DNA of 64,000 bases from Octopus sinensis (lineage: Eukaryota): the NCBI RefSeq assembly GCF_006345805.1, contig NC_042999.1, positions 8,370,001-8,434,000 of the forward strand. Direction: 5' to 3'. Shown here piece after piece: positions 26,531 through 39,034 of the stretch (its first letter is position 1; the number at the start of each line of letters is the position of its first letter). The translations under genes were made by a program, and so were the position numbers. Below the pieces are notes generated by a model. It was given only the letters and a program-made list of their open reading frames with translations, had not been told where the DNA came from and ran no database searches.

Positions 26531-27918
26531 TAATATCAAAATTAAACACAAAATATTTGAAACGTAAAGTTCTTGCTAAACTGCTAGGAATTCATTGATA
26601 TTAAAAAACCAACATTTTTTTTTTTAACCAAACCATTTCTGCTCCAACCCCTAAAAGATTTTTGCATGAAGCAGAGGAAAATAAGATAAATTTCAATAAA
26701 AGTACCAACAGAAAGTGAAGAATTTACAGAGAAGATTTTGGTTGTAAAGAAATAACCATGGATGGAATTGCTGGAAACAAAGAACATCGCATCCAAACAA
26801 ATGTGGCAGGATTGAGATCACATGAAGAAAGTGGGAAGACTAGATGCTGTTTACGAATAAGCAACTAGAAAGTTCCAAGATCATAATGATTTCTTGTATT
26901 GGCACAAGGCCAGAGATTTTGGGGGAGTCATTGACCCAATTCCTCAAGTGGTACTTATTTCTTCGACTCTGAGGTGATGAAAGGCAAAGTTGAGCGTGAC
27001 AGAATTTGAACTCACAACATAAAGATGAGTGGAATGCCACTGGGCATTTTGCTTGGTGTTTGATTCCAACAGCTCACCACCTTCATGTTCTACATCATAT
27101 TAGGAATCCAAAGTTTTGGTTAAAATAGTTAACAGAGAACCATAGGATATAAGGAGACATGTTTGATGCTATACAGGTGGAACTGCAGACAACATCTGAT
27201 TGTTTCTATGTCTTGTCTTGAGACAGCATTCACCCGGGGTGGGTTGAGCTGGCTTCATTCATCCTCAATGCTGTATCTCTTACAAATGCCAACCAGACCT
27301 GGCGATTTGAGGCTAACGACTGTGTGATCTCCAACCACTCTTTATTCCACTGGCAGAGTTTCTTTGGCTGGATGTCCTTCCTAACACCAAGGCCTACAAG
27401 GTCTGTCACAATGGTGGCTTGTGTAGCAGGGAGATAGCTATATATTTCATTGGCCATGGCAATAATAACTGAAGCCCTCTCACAAACATTTCACTGAAAT
27501 ATTTACTACCAAACATAAAGACATTTGGGGTTGGTTGGTGAATACAATGAGCAACATAAATGTTTGCTGATTGGGAGGGAGCCAAACTGATCCTTAAAGT
27601 ACAGAATGCTATCTGTGTGACATCTGAATAAACAAAGTCAACAGAGTCAAGCCTTTGCAGTGACAGAGATCCATGGCTATCTGCCCTCGACTGTCTGTCT
27701 TTGGTTGCCTACCCTTGGTTGTCTGCCCTTGGCTGTCTGCCCTTGATTGTCTGCCTTTGGCTGTCTGTGATGGCAAGAATGAAGGTGCATGTTGTTCAGT
27801 CACCTTTAACATTCTGTAATTAATTAATTAATTAATTAGCAATATAGTCTTTTATAGGGTACAAGAAAGAAAATTCTAGAAAACAGCATCATGCCACAGC
27901 TTCGTGCTGATTGGTTGT

Positions 27919-28148
27919 TTAACCCTTTCGTTACTGTATTTCTGTTGAGATGCTCTGAGTTTCTTTCAATTAATTTTAAATATAACAAAGAATTTAGTAA
28001 AATAACTTAATTATCATTCAGCTAGTGATAGGAACATAAATTGCGACTAAGATTTGGTGGAAGATTTTAATTCAAAACTTATGAAAACAAGACATTTGTA
28101 TTACAGAGCTAAGGCCGGTTTCAGCTGGGTTGGTCTCAAAAGCGTTAA
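27919..28148 (+). mobile_element. piggyBac-like MITE
   Basis: TTAA|CCCTTTCGTTAC...GTCTCAAAAGCG|TTAA (imperfect TIRs, TTAA flanks); a related degenerate copy lies on the opposite strand at ~19490-19700. Confidence 0.5.
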
Positions 28149-28484
28149 TAGACCAATCATATGAAACAATGGTGATTCGCTTGTGATGTTGGCTGATTAT
28201 CTATCAGTCAAAGTTTCAAATCACCTCTACAGGCTAATCAAGAGAATGCATGAGAATTATTTTAAGAGCATACATGTGTCTGTGGTATATCCAGCCACTT
28301 AAGTTTTTATTCAACGAATTTGTAATTTAGTCAATGAGGTGACTGAATGCTCATGGTCGCATGTGACAGAGACCCTTTTTCTCAGAAGCTTTGTGTAAGA
28401 AGGAGACAAGGGGCAACGATAACTTATGGAACACTAAACTCCTTGTCTAAAACTCTTTCCAACTAATTTATTAAACAATTACAG

Positions 28485-28654
28485 GCGCAGGAGTGGCTGT
28501 GTGGTAAGTAGCTTGCTAACCAACCACATGGTTGCGGGTTCAGTCCCACTGCGTGGCATCTTGGGCAAGTGTCTTCTGCTATAGCCCCGGGCCGACCAAT
28601 GCCTTGTGAGTGGATTTGGTAAACGGAAACTGAAAGAAGCCTGTTGTATATATG

Positions 28655-28685
<31 letters not shown>

Positions 28686-28885
28686 TAGTGTGTCTGTGTT
28701 TGTCCCCTAGCATTGCTTGACAACCGATGCTGGTGTGTTTACATCCCCGTCACTTAGCGGTTCGGCAAAAGAGACCTATAGAATAAGTACTGGGCTTACA
28801 AAGAATAAGTCCCGGGGTCAAGTTGCTCGACTAAAGGCGGTGCTCCAGCATGGCCGCAGTCAAATGACTGAAACAAGTAAAAGAG
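28485..28885 (+). mobile_element. Full-length tRNA-derived CORE-type SINE (family A; ~18 copies or fragments)
   Basis: Head CAGGAGTGGCTGTGTGGTAAG...GGGTTCAGTCCC, CORE-like ggcatcttgggcaagtgtctt, internal (TA/TG)n, tail (gtaaaaga)n; resembles octopus OR2 from memory. Other copies near 21725, 22150, 32130, 38060, 38470, 38780, 40195, 40455, 41315, 42500, 44620, 45915, 48925, 49250, 54088, 62465 and 63465. Confidence 0.8.
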
Positions 28886-30559
28886 TAAAAGAGTAAAAGA
28901 GTTACAATTAAAACCACAAACATCAACAACACACAAACATCTGTAATATTCCTGCTCGGAATCGTTCATATTCAAAGAAAAGAACTTTCCGTTTGATGTT
29001 CGTCGACTTAATGGAAAGAAATGTTATTTTCATATTCCAGCAGTCGATACCTACATTGTCTGGGAGATGCATCAACAAATAAATAGCAATATCTATAAAG
29101 ATGTGTGTGCATGTTTGCGTGTATGTGTGCTTGTGTGTGTGTGTGTGTGTGTGTGCGTGTGTGTGTGTGTACGTGTGCGTGTGGGCGTATTTTTTAGGGT
29201 ATTTTGTTGTTAATTTTGCCAATAATAATTATATACTTATACATACATAAATACACATATACACACACACACACACACGCACACACATATATATATATAT
29301 ATGTACATATACATATACCTATACATATATACATACGTGTATAGACATAAATATATACATACGTATATGTATGTCTATACATGTGGGCATGTATATGGGT
29401 GTATATATAAGTATGTATATGGTGCATATATATATATATATATATATGTATGTATATATATATTATATAATTATATTTATATGTATATATATATGTGTGT
29501 GTATATACATACATATATATAATCGTTATTGGCAAAATTAACAACAAAACACCCTCAAAATAATTCAAAATTTTGTAAGAAAAACTAAAATAAAGTACTT
29601 ACAAAATACAAAAATAATAGTGATGATGATGATGATGATGGTAGTGGTGGTGGTGGTGGTGGTGTTGGTGGTGGTGGTGGCGGTGGTGGTAATGGGAGAG
29701 GTGGTGGTGATGATGGTGATGCTGCTGCTGCTGCTGATGGTGGTGGTGGTGGTGGTGGTAGTAGTGGTTGTAGTAGTGGTGGTGATGGTGATGGAAGCAG
29801 CAGTGGTGATGATGGTAGTGGTGGTGGTGGTGGTGGTGGTGGTGATAGTGATGATGATGATGATTGCTATGACGATTGTGATGATGATTTTGCTGATGAT
29901 ATATTGATCACGATGAGAAGCTAAACCTGTTTAAAAGCAAACATTTCTTCAAAGAAAGTACAATTTCCTATATTCGAAGATATATTTTACGATACTATTC
30001 AGCTTGCAGCCAGCACAGATCACAATCTGATTAAAACAAAACTTGATATCAATCTCCATCATATTTTATTAACAATAGTTAAAACTATAATATTTCACAT
30101 TCAATGAGTTTATTTATAGGTTCCTAAAGACAGTAGTTTGTAGCTCACCAAATGCCAGTCTGGTATCAGTATGTTCTAATTCAAACTGGACTCCTTGCTC
30201 TCATCATTATTTAATGCCAGGTCAAAATATTCGATAAATGACCTAGATATTACCACTCTGATAATTTGATTCATTAAAATTTATTTATTTATGAAAAAAA
30301 TATCTAATTCAAAATCATTAGTCCAACAAAATGTATTCTGTTTCACCTATGGCATATTGGGAATTAAGGAACAAAATTTAGGAAGATCTAATTTATGTTG
30401 TAAAGTAAGAAGTTAACAAAATATATATTTTGTTTGAATAAAGATTTTTCATTAATTATTCTACTCTCACACTTATTGTTCCAAATTTTGAATAAAGTAT
30501 TCAATAAGTGGTTACACATTCATTTATGTATATTTTTTATTGACTCTTTGTGAAAATAT

Positions 30560-30805
30560 TGCAAGCCTCTATAAATGTTTGATTAGTTGTTGGAGCACTG
30601 CATCTTTCAAAACTTCCATGCTTCCTGAGATTCGCCAACACTACACCTAATTTTCTCCCCTCCATACACACGCAATCATGTATCTGACTCATACACTGTT
30701 CACTTCCCAGACATTTGTACATTACTGCATATGCTTTATATGCACTTTTGACAAGTTGTGGTGCACCTGAGCACTGTATACAATAATTTCATTATTATTA
30801 TTTTA
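30560..30805 (+). mobile_element. CR1-like LINE 3' end
   Basis: Shares ...gttgtggtgcacctgagcactgtatacaata(att)n with the CR1 copy at 49850-50185. Confidence 0.65.
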
Positions 30806-30859
30806 ATCTAAATGCTGGAATTATTTTCCTAGTCTTGTTCATTTATTTATTTCCATGCA

Positions 30860-32100
30860 GTTCATCTTAAGCCCTGCTAAGCCCTGAGAGTCCAGCTCTG
30901 TCCACATGGTCTGTAGCTGGTCTGTGGTTTCAGCAATGAGTACAATGTCGTCTGTAAATCAGCGGTGTGTTAGTTGTTCACCATTGATGTTCATACCTAT
31001 TTCTTTACTACCCACAAGGGGCTAAACACAGAGGGGACAAACAGGGACAGACAAACAGATTAAGTCGATTATATCGACCCCAGTGCGTAACTGGTACTTA
31101 ATTTATCGACCCTGAAAGGATGAAAGGCAAACTCAACCTGGGCGGAATTTGAACACAGAACGTAACGACAGACAAAATACTGCTAAGCATTCCGCCCAGC
31201 ATGCTAACATTTCTGCCAGCTCGACACCTTATTGATGTTCATACCACCTGTCCAGTCAGCGTCCTTAATGACCATTTCTAGACAAGCTATGAAGCACTTT
31301 GGAGAGATGGTAACTTCTTGCTTGACACTTTTCTTAATCGAGACCCTTACTGATGGTGATAGCAGAGCTGTATCTGTTGTACATCCATAGCTTGCATCTC
31401 TGAGCAGCTTCATGTATTGCACCTCAGCTCTTTGCATTTCCAGAGATTTCCACCATGCTTTCATCTCAATGCTACCAAAGGCCTTTTCAAAATCAACAAA
31501 AGTGATACACAAAGAAAACTGGTATTTGTTTGCTCATTCTATGGCCTCTGTTAGAGTGAATATATGATCTGTCATACTGTAGTCCTTACAGAAGCTTGTT
31601 GATCACTTTGCTGTTGGTTGTTGAGGCATTTTGATTGTCTGATGACCATGACCTTTGTAAACAGCTTATAGAGGTGAGACAAGAGGCATATGGGGCATTA
31701 GTCTTTTAAACTATCATCATCATCATCATCATCATCATACACATCATTGTTTAGCATCTGCTTTCCATGCTGGCATTGGTTTCGACAGTTTAACTGAGGA
31801 CTGGCAAGCCAGGAGGTTGCACCAGGCTCCAATTTGATCTGGCAAGGTTTCTACAGCTGGATGCCCTTCCTAACACCGACCACTCCATATAAGCCTTCTT
31901 ATTAAGCAGGATAGTATTTAACTCTTTCCACAGTGAGAGTATTTTTTCCTCCCTTCAGTGATTAAATTGTTGAACTAGGATTTTCCACAGCTGTCCACCC
32001 CTGTTTCGTAACATCTCTGGTGTGACAGCATCCTTCCCAGGAGCTTGGCCTGTTTTCATCAGTTACAGGACACTTTTTAAATTTTACTAATCAGAAGAGG
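30860..32100 (-). mobile_element. Degenerate RTE RT fragment with nested SINE B (15-bp TSD) and a family C UTR
   Basis: Minus: GQAPGKDAVTPEMLR...ILLNKK; DHIFTLTE; FVDFEKAFGSIE; TISPKCF; FTDDIVLIA. SINE B 30998-31230 is flanked by the TSD ATTGATGTTCATACC (30983-30997 and 31231-31245). Confidence 0.8.
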
Positions 32101-32479
32101 TGGTGCTTCTTCAAGCGTATATATATTCTTTTATTCTTTTATTTGTTTCAGTCATTTGAGGGCAGCCATGCTGGAGCACTGCCTTTAGTCAAACAATTCG
32201 ACACCAGGACTTATTCTTTGTAAGCCTTGTACTTATTCTATCGGCCTCTTTTGCTGAAGCGCTAAGTTACAGGGCTGTAAACACACCAGTATCGGTTATT
32301 AAGTGATGGAAAGGGGACAAACACAGACACACACACACACACAATGCACTTTATTCAGTTTCCATCTACCAAATCCACTCACAAGGCTTTGGTCAGCCCG
32401 AGGCTATAGTAGAAGACACTTGCCCAAGGTGCCATGCAGTGGGAATGAACCTGGAAGCATGTGGTTGATAAATAGGCTA

Positions 32480-35450
32480 TTTACGACACAGTTGCACCTC
32501 CTCCTATATCTAAAAAACAATCAAACCCCTTGTATATTCAATAATCCTAAAAAATTTGAAAATCCTAATGAATCTCTTGGTAAAAGCAACATTGTTTGGT
32601 TTATTGTTCCATTCGTTAAGCAAATTAAAGGTAATTTGGTTGGAAATTTATACAAACTTTTCTTGAAACACTTTATAAAGGGAAATAGATATTTTTATTT
32701 CTTTTATTTTCTACTCTAGGCACAAGGCCCGAAATTTTGGGGGAGGGGGCCAGTCGATTAGATTGACCCCAGTATGCAAATGGTACTTAGGTTATTGACC
32801 CTGAAAGAATGAAAGGCAAAGCTGACCTATGCAGAATTTGAACTCAGAATGTAAAGACAGACGATATACCGCTAAGCATTTTGCCCAGCATGCTAACATT
32901 TCTGCCAGCTCAGTACCTTTAAGAAATAGATATTATGATATTATTAACCCCAAGCTTCTTAAAATTGGTCGTTCCATATCTAATAATTTATGCCAGATTA
33001 TATCTTCAACTAACGAAAGAAAATTAACTAATTTTACAATAATTGTAATAGTAGTAAGAGCCATAATAGTATTAGTAATGGAATAAAGGCCAGTAATGAA
33101 AGTAAATTTGGGATGTCTAGTGTACAAGGGGCAACAACTTGTGTTAAATCCCATCTCAAACCTTTGAATGTAGATTAAATGGCAAGTTGCAATTATACTG
33201 AATGTAACGATGTGAAAGAGAGTAATTATATGAGTACTAGTGAAAATACTTTTTGTAATTGCAGGGTTAGAAGTAATTGGCTATTTAAGATTTATTGTAA
33301 ACCAATGAGGAAACTAGGGATAGATGAATGGTTAGTGAGAGCTGTGCGGGCCATGTATAGGGACGCTGCTAGTAGGGTGAGGGTTGGAAATGAGTACAGT
33401 GAAGAATTCTGGGTAGAGGTAGGGGTCCACCAAGGCTCAGTACTCAGCCCCCTCCTATTTATCATAGTCCTCCAGGCAATAACGGAGGAATTCAAGACAG
33501 GATGCCCTTGGGAGCTCCTCTATGCTGATGACCTTGCTCTAATTGCTGAGTCGCTATCAGAACTGGAGGAGAAGTTTCAGGTGTGGAAACAAGGATTAGA
33601 ATCGAAGGGCCTCAGAGTCAATCTAGCTAAAACCAAAGTCGTAATCAGTAGGAAGGTAGACAAATCACAAACACCTTCAGGTAGATGGCCCTGCTCGATC
33701 TGTAGAAAAGGTGTAGGTAGAAACTCTATAAGATGCACCAAGTGTAAGCTATGGACACATAAGAGATGCAGCAATGTCAAAGGAAGGCTAACTAGGAAGA
33801 TGGTTTTTGTATGTGGCAGATGCTCAGGAACAATAAACACTGAAAATGCTCTGAGACCAACTTCCGTCACTTTCCAGGGAGAAAAACTAGAAATAGTTGA
33901 TAGTTTCTGTTACCTAGGTGACCAAGTCAGCAGCGGGGGCGGGTGTGCTGAAAGTGTAACTGCTAGAGTAAGAATAGCTTGGGCAAAGTTCAGAGAGCTC
34001 TTACCTCTGCTGGTGACAAAAGGCCTCTCGCACAGAGTGAAAGGCAGACTGTATGATGCATGTGTACGAACAGCCATGCTACATGGCAGTGAAACATGGG
34101 CCGTGACTGCTGAGGATATGCGTAAGCTCGCTAGAAATGAAGCCAGTATGCTCCGATGGATGTGTAATGCCGGTACTCACACTCTGCAGAGTGTAAGTAC
34201 CTTGAGAGAAAAGCTGGACCTAAGAAGCATCAGTTGTGGTGCGCAAGAGAGACGTTTGCACTGGTATGGTCATGTGGCGAGAATGGATGAAGATAGTTGT
34301 GTGAAAAAGTGCCACACCCTAGCGGTTGAGGGAACCTGTGGAAGAGGCAGACCCAGGAAAACCTGGGACGAGGTGGTGAAGCACGACCTTCAAACTTTAG
34401 GTCTCACTGAGGAAATTACTGGAGACCGAGACCTCTGGAAGTGTGCTGTGCGCGAGAAGACCCGGCAGGACAAGTGAGTCCATAACCCGTGGCCTTCTAC
34501 ATGGGATGGAGCCAGCCTACGTATGCATACCTTCCCTTCATGGGACACAAAACTTTACTTGTGAAGATGTGTTGAGGTAAGTGAGGATCAGAATCGAAAT
34601 CGATCAATGGAAATTGCGGATGTGTTACCAGTGCCGGTGGCATATCAAAACTCTACTTGTGAAGACCCGTTGAGGCAAGTGAGGATCAGAATCGAAATCG
34701 ATCAATGGAAATCGATCAATGGAAATTGCAGATGTGTTACCAGTGCCGGTGGCATGTAAGAGAACTTTCCGTTTCACGACCTTTGCCAGCACCGCCCCGT
34801 TTCGTGTCCGTTGCCAGCCTCGCCTGGCCCTCGTGCCGGTGGCACATAAAAAGCACCATCCGTTCGTGGCCGTTTGCCAGCTCTGTCTGGCACCAGTGCG
34901 GGTGGCACGTAAAAAGCACCCACTACACTCACGGAGTGGTTGGCGTTAGGAAGGGCATCCAGCCGTAGAAACACTGCCAGATTTGACTGGGCCTGATGAA
35001 GCCTTCTGGCTTCACAGACCCCAGTAGAACCGTCCAACCCATGCTAGCATGGAAAACGGACGCTAAACAATGATGATGATGATGATGAAAAGAATCTTGT
35101 TTACAGTTGTAAGGTGATATCTGAGGGTAAAAGTTTCTTCTACATAGGGTCTATGCAAAGTTTTGTTAAGAAACACGTCTCTAACCATATTTACACCTTT
35201 AATAATAGGAACAGGTCTTCAACCAGTCTCAGTAAATTTATTTAGGACTTGAAAGACAAGAAAAAAGTTTTTTCTGTGGAGTGGGAGATTATAAGCAAGG
35301 CAACTACTTGTAGGCCTGGAAACTCCTTTTGCTTTCTCTGCCTTGAAGAATTATTTTGATCTTATATTCTAGGAGATGTCTCTCAAATGCAAAAATAGAG
35401 ACTGGTTTTTCATGAGTCCATGCATGTAAATGGACTCTTAAAAAACTACT
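32480..35450 (+). mobile_element. Penelope-like element (linker plus GIY-YIG) interrupted by SINE B and an RTE
   Basis: NIVWFIVPFVKQIKGNL...LFLKHF; RYYDIINPKLLKIGRS; CNCRVR; after the RTE it resumes KNLVYSCK...FYIGS...NH...STSLSKFI...EWEIISKA...CFLCLEE. SINE B TSD GAAATAGATATT (32682-32693 and 32923-32934). Confidence 0.75.
33303..35087 (+). mobile_element. 5'-truncated young RTE-clade LINE with open RT, PHD-like insert, repeat-bearing 3' UTR and (ATG)n tail
   Basis: ORF to 34477: GVHQGSVLSPLLF, LLYADD, FCYLG, MLHGSETW, WYGHVAR, RGRPRKTW; tandemly repeated UTR; tail at ~35070-35087. Confidence 0.92.
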
Positions 35451-36506
35451 AATTAAATATATAATCATTATTGATGACAAGCGTTATAAAATGGTTAGTA
35501 GTTGAAATATTGATGAAAAAAATGTATAATATATTATTATATAATATAATATTTTAATTAAATGGTGTGGATGGGTGTTATGCTTTCTATATGTGGCAAG
35601 GTATTGGTATTTTGCTACAGATTCAATTAAGTATGTTTCTCATAAATATTTTTGTTGAGATGACTCTCCCCAGACACAACAGAATATTGTTGAAATTCTT
35701 ATAATAATTTATGAAACTAAATTTGAGATAAAACATATTACCTTAATAGTAATTACAACTTTAGTGAACTTGGTTTTAATATGAATTATCTATAAATAGT
35801 ACCTGCTACTGTCTAGTTTTTGCTTTTGTTTACAGTGTTTATACTGGCTGTAGATTTTTGCACAAATATTGATGATGCAAAACCATTATATGGCATTTGA
35901 CCAGCAGTTTTGATACATCAGATTCTTTTGTTGTCTTCAGTATTTTAACAAACACATGCACAACTACTTAATAAATGTTGCCTCCCTCTCTGTCACTCTC
36001 TCTCTATACCCATCTTTCTCTCCCACTTGTTTTAATCTCTCTCTATCTCTTTCTCCCTATTACATCTTTTTTGCCCTAACTATCACTCTACTACCAATAA
36101 AAAAACCATCATGTATTATGTATGCACAATTATATCAAATGTATTTGTTTATATATATGGCCGTGCCAGCCTCGCCTGGCCTTCGTGCCAGTGGCACGTA
36201 AAAAACACCATCCGAGCATGGCCATTCGCCAGCCTCGTCTGGCACCTGTGTCGAGTGGCACATAAAAAACACCATCCAAGCGTGGCCGTTCGCCAGCCTC
36301 GTCTGGCACCTGTGTCGGTGGCACATAAAAAGCACCCACTACACTCACGGAGTGGTTGGCATTAGGAAGGGCATCCAGCTGTAGAAACACTGCCAGATCT
36401 GACTGGCCTGGTGCAGCCTTCGGGCTTCCCAGACCCCAGTTGAACCGTCCAACCCATGCTAGCATGGAAAGCGGATGTTAAACGATGATGATGATGATGA
36501 TGATGT

Positions 36507-36539
<33 letters not shown>

Positions 36540-36861
36540 CGATGATATATAGATAAAAAAAACTATTGAAAAGGTTGCAAGATGCAACGAAAATTTTAGG
36601 AAAATAAAAATAAGAAAAAAGTAGAAATTTTACCGGTGAGTGTGTTATATTATAAGGCACAAACAGAAAATTACTCTCCCCAGACACAACAGAATATGCT
36701 TCAACGCACGAACTCATATAAAGAATCTTGCAAACCAAATCTCAAAACGAAAGATGAAAAAGGTGTTTTTTTTTAAAAACAACACACGTATCTGAGTCTG
36801 TTGTAAAACAACCAACACATTTAAATGTAAGTCTCATTTGGAAAATTCTTCCCTAATGAAA

Positions 36862-37259
36862 TCTTTATATATAAAAGAGAGGTTGTGTGCTGTCTGTCTC
36901 CTATGATTTAGATTCCTAACTACTCCCACATTTTGCAGTGCAGTTTAACCAAAACCAGGTATCTTATAGTCATGATTCATATCGAGCCCTTCTGGGTATT
37001 AGCGCGCGTCAACGATGAGTCTACGATTTAAAAAAAAATTACCATCAATTTTTCCCATTTTTAATGCATTTTTGACATATATGAGGGAAGTAACTCTCTA
37101 AAGATTTATTATTAAATCTCAGAACGTAAAAAGCTACAGTAACACCCCCCCCCCTTTGTGGTTAGCCATATTGAGATGGCTATTATACTTTACATCTCTA
37201 TAAATGCTTATATAGTTATTTCCCTTACAAACCCGAGCAACGCCGGGTGATACTGCTAG
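36862..37259 (+). mobile_element. Non-autonomous Helitron
   Basis: A|TCTTTATATATAAAAG 5' end; 3' hairpin ACCCG-AGCAACGC-CGGGT followed by CTAG|T; AT target, no TSD. Confidence 0.85.
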
Positions 37260-38264
37260 TACCTAATAAACCAATTTCAACAGGAAAATTTAAATTAATT
37301 TAATTTCTGTAATTGAGCTAATTGGATAATGAAACAGCTGTAGGACTGGGATTTCTTTATATGGATCTGAATATTTTAAAATAAACTGATGTCTGTCTGT
37401 ATGTCAGTTTCTCTATTTTCTTCTTTTTCTCATTCATGAATATAGATATGAACAAGGAAAAGAAAATGACCAAGGGCAAATGGCAACCAGGGAATGTTGG
37501 GGATGATACTGGTGTCATGTAAATGGCACCCGTGCCAGTGGCACGTAAAAGGACCCATTACACTCTTGGAGTGGTTGGCATGTTAGGAAGGGCATCCAGC
37601 CACAGAAGCTGTGCCAAAACAGACTGAAACCTGGTGCAGCTCTCCAGCTCATTAGCTCCAGTCGAACCATCTAACCCATGCCAGCATGGAGAGCAGACGT
37701 TAAGGGATGATGATGGTGATGATGATGATGATGATGATGATACACACACACACACATATGCTGTGCCTGAGAAGACCCATCAAGCCAAGTGAAATTGTAG
37801 TCATGGCAGATATTGGTGTTATGCATGCATCTGACACATAAAAGCACCCATTACACTCTCGGAGTGGTTGGCATGTTAGGAAGGGCTTCCAGCCATAGAA
37901 ACCATGCCAAATCAGACTGGAATCTGGTGCAGCCCTTCAGTTTTTCAACCCTAGTCAAACCGTCAAACCCATGCTCGCATGGACAACGAGCATTAAATGA
38001 TGATGATGATGATGATGATAATGATGATGATATATTATATATACTCTCTTTCTCTCTCTTTTACTCTTTTACTTGTTTCAGTCATTTGACTGCGGCCATG
38101 CTGGAGCACCGCCTTTAGTCGAGCAAATCAACCCCGGGACTTATTCTTTGTAAGCCCAGTACTTATTCTATCGGTCTCTTTTGCCGAACCGCTAAGTGAC
38201 GGGGACGTAAACACACCAGCATCAGTTGCCAAGCAATGCTAGGGAGACAAACACAGACACACAA

Positions 38265-38295
<31 letters not shown>

Positions 38296-39034
38296 CATAT
38301 ATACAACAGGCTTCTTTCAGTTTCCGTCTACCAAATCCACTCACAAGGCATTGGTCGGCCTGGGGCTATAGCAGAAGACACTTGCCCAAGATGCCACGCA
38401 GTGGGACTGAACCCGGAACCATGTGGCTGGTTAGCAAGCTACTTACCACACAGCCACTCCTGCGCCTATATATATGATAGGCTTTCACACAATTTCCATC
38501 TACCATATCCATTTACAAATCTTTAGTTAACCCAGGGAAATGGAAGAAAGCACTTACTCCAGGTGCTTTGCAATGGGACTGAACCGTAAACCCCTGGTTG
38601 GGAAGCAAGTTTCTTAATCACATAGCCATGTCAGCACCTATCTACTTGTTTTGTTTTTTTTAAAAGAAGTGAACAGGTTTTACCCTCACCTCAGGTGTAA
38701 TTTTAATTAATTAAAAATTAATTTTATTCACTTACATAAAGCATCTTAACCATAATTAATTGTTTTTAGAGACTTACATTCTTTTATTCTTTTACTTATA
38801 TCAGTCATTTTGATTGTGGCCATGCTGGGGCACCACCTTAAAGGGTTTTTAGTCGAAGCAGTTGACCATTGGAGTTATTCTTTGTAAGCCTGGTACTTAT
38901 TCTATTGGTCCCTTTTGCTGAACCATTAAGTTATGGGTATGTAAACACACCAACATCGGTTGTCAGGCGATGGTGGTGGAGACAAAACAAACACAAACAC
39001 ACACACACACACATACATATGTACATAATGGGAA

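Noticed and set aside
32050-32070. CTGATGA on minus
   Set aside because: It encodes LMK within the RTE RT remnant and has no hammerhead stems.
35470-35520. TTGATGA...GTTGAAA at the expected pLTR position after the PLE ORF
   Set aside because: Too degenerate to assign stems; could be chance.
36100-36330. Regularly recurring repeats superficially like a CRISPR array
   Set aside because: These are RTE 3'-UTR tandem modules without unique spacers, in eukaryotic DNA with no cas genes.
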